The notes beneath the pieces were generated by a model, which saw only the letters and a list, made by a program, of their open reading frames with translations, had not been told where the DNA came from and ran no database searches. This document shows, in pieces, positions 62,249-64,000 of a stretch of 64,000 nt of DNA. The position numbers and the translations under genes were made by a program. This DNA is from Dendrobates tinctorius (lineage: Eukaryota): NCBI RefSeq assembly GCF_039654945.1, contig NW_027361864.1:4340001-4404000 (forward strand). The letters are read 5' to 3'. The number at the start of each line of letters is the position of its first letter. Position 1 is the stretch's first letter.

Positions 62249-63269
62249 AGGGGTTGTCCACCTTTTGGAGACTTATTTTTTTACCTAAATGTATGTATTT
62301 CAAGCTAGAAATGGTTTTTTTCTTTTGCTATTTAGTTTTCATTAAAAATATTTAGGGGTCAAATAGCAAAACTGAGTTTACCCCTAAATATATGCATTTG
62401 AGAGAAAAAATATGTATGCGTAATTAATATGGATCCCAAAACGAGGCTAAAAAAAACTGATCCAGCTTGTAGTACACAGCAATACGAAACAGCAAGGTCT
62501 GGACGTACGGCCTCCTACCGTGCAGCTCATGGTCGGCACACACCTCGTATCCTGGCATGTGAGAGTCTACAGGCGGCACAGCGGGGTCTCGCGGCTGCTG
62601 CTTTCTGTGATCGCACATTTACTTTCCTGCTTGTTTAATCACAGGAGCGAGTGTTTCTGCAGCGTCTCCAGCCCCCTGAACTCATCAAGTCTGTGACCTA
62701 TAAGCTCAGTGGCCGGCATCACTGACTTGATTTATGAGGAGTCCAGGGGGATGGAGACTCTGCAGAAACACTCGCTCCTGTGATAACATATTACTGCCTG
62801 TTTGTTTAATCACAGGAGTGAGTGTTTCTGCAGCGTCTCCAGCCCCCTGAACTCATCAAGTCGGTGACCTATAAGCTCAGCGGCCGGCATCACTGGCTTG
62901 ATTTATGAGGAGTCCAGGGGGATGGAGACTCTGCAGAAACACTCGCTCCTGTGATAACATATTACTGCCTGTTTGTTTAATCACAGGAGTGAGTGTTTCT
63001 GCAGCGTCTCCAGCCCCCTGAACTCATCAAGTCGGTGACCTATAAGCTCAGCGGCCGGCATCACTGACTTGATTTATGAGGAGTCCAGGGGGATGGAGAC
63101 TCTGCAGAAACACTCGCTCCTGTGATAACATATTACTGTCTGTTTGTTTAATCACAGGAGCGAGTGTTTCTGCAGCGTCTCCAGCTGGAGCAGGAGCGAG
63201 GCTGACAGGCTCGTGACTGAGAGAGACACCTTTTAATGATACCTAAATCTTTTATAGTCAGATGACCCT
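62249..63269. mobile_element. T2/Kolobok-type MITE with a tandemly amplified palindromic core
   Basis: ttaa|AGGGGTTGTCCA ... GATGACCCT|tcaa. Confidence 0.55.
62632..63185. repeat. 171-bp tandem repeat (about 3.2 copies), each unit a long hairpin
   Basis: tttaatcacagg recurs at an exact 171-bp period. Arms are atcacaggagcgagtgtttctgcagcgtctcca / tggagactctgcagaaacactcgctcctgtgat. Confidence 0.95.
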
Positions 63270-64000
63270 TCAAGCAGCCCATAGACATGAGGGATCTCTC
63301 TGCAGATCGTCGTCACTTACATCTCCTTTTTGGATGTGTATAACCACCACACAGGGGCGTTAGTATAGTGGGTACTGAGGTTGCAGTCACTTCTGGGGCC
63401 CTACAGCCTATGGGGGCCATAAAAGATCCCTTTGACCCATATGAGAAGCCTATTAAGGACCCATGATTTGGGAGGAGCGTTGGATTGGCCATGTTGGCGA
63501 CTTTACATTGATGCCCACAAGCTTAAAATTATGTAACATTGTCGCCAAATTTAGGTGGATGCGCCAACAATCTGCAGAACCAACGATGAAGCTGTGGGGA
63601 AAAAAATCAGCACAATCTGCAGAAAAAAATGTCTTGCGTCTGTGGCTGGCTTCTTCCTGCCCTTACACATTAGATAAAAGCCGCTGGTTTGTGCTGGAAG
63701 TGAATGAAGGAGGGACGGGATCAGTCATTTGGATTTAGTGAATGGGGTAGGATTGTAAAAACATGGAAACAGCGCCACACCTGTCCCCTGGTTGTGTGTG
63801 GTATTGCAGCTCAAGCTACTATTTATTTAGTTGGCGCTCCTCTGTGACACCGGACACAATCCATGGACGAGACTGGCGCCAATGTTGAAATACCAGTGAC
63901 TGTTGGATTAGTAACGCAGCCCACTCCTCCCTCACAGCACATCGGGGGGCATAGACACCGCTGGGGTCTCTCTGTGATCTTTCCCATGTTGGTGAGTCTA

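Noticed and set aside
62632-63185. 171-bp period suggesting alpha-satellite or centromeric DNA
   Set aside because: Only the length coincides. The unit is palindromic, there are only ~3 copies, and no alpha-satellite similarity or CENP-B box was recognised.

Overview
Vertebrate genomic DNA, most likely from a frog (anuran) judging by its repeat families. Two complete intron-containing genes lie on the + strand. STOML2 has 10 coding exons (12967-30002, 352 aa) and PIGO has a non-coding first exon plus 10 coding exons (37359-47378, 1080 aa). All coding-exon junctions are GT-AG and in phase. A probable promoter and first exon of a third gene sits near 61.9-62.0 kb. The rest is mobile DNA and tandem repeats: two Penelope-like retroelement (PLE) remnants with hammerhead ribozyme motifs, a sushi/Tf1-type Gypsy remnant with a self-priming PBS, a solo LTR, a CR1 LINE carrying three nested insertions, V-SINEs, a decayed Tc1, many hAT, Harbinger and T2/Kolobok MITEs, and arrays with 86-, 34-, 30-, 27- and 171-bp units. 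The very long ORFs in the track (1674, 801, 737 and 347 aa) are repeat artefacts. Four observations stand out. (i) A hammerhead with a compensatory A3-U8 core swap is present twice, in inverted orientation, inside STOML2 intron 8. (ii) The CR1 ORF1 and ORF2 are fused in frame at a U_UUA_AAC-like slippery site. (iii) The LTR element shows Tf1-like self-priming geometry. (iv) A 692-bp intronic palindrome in PIGO extends beyond its central MITE into flanking DNA.
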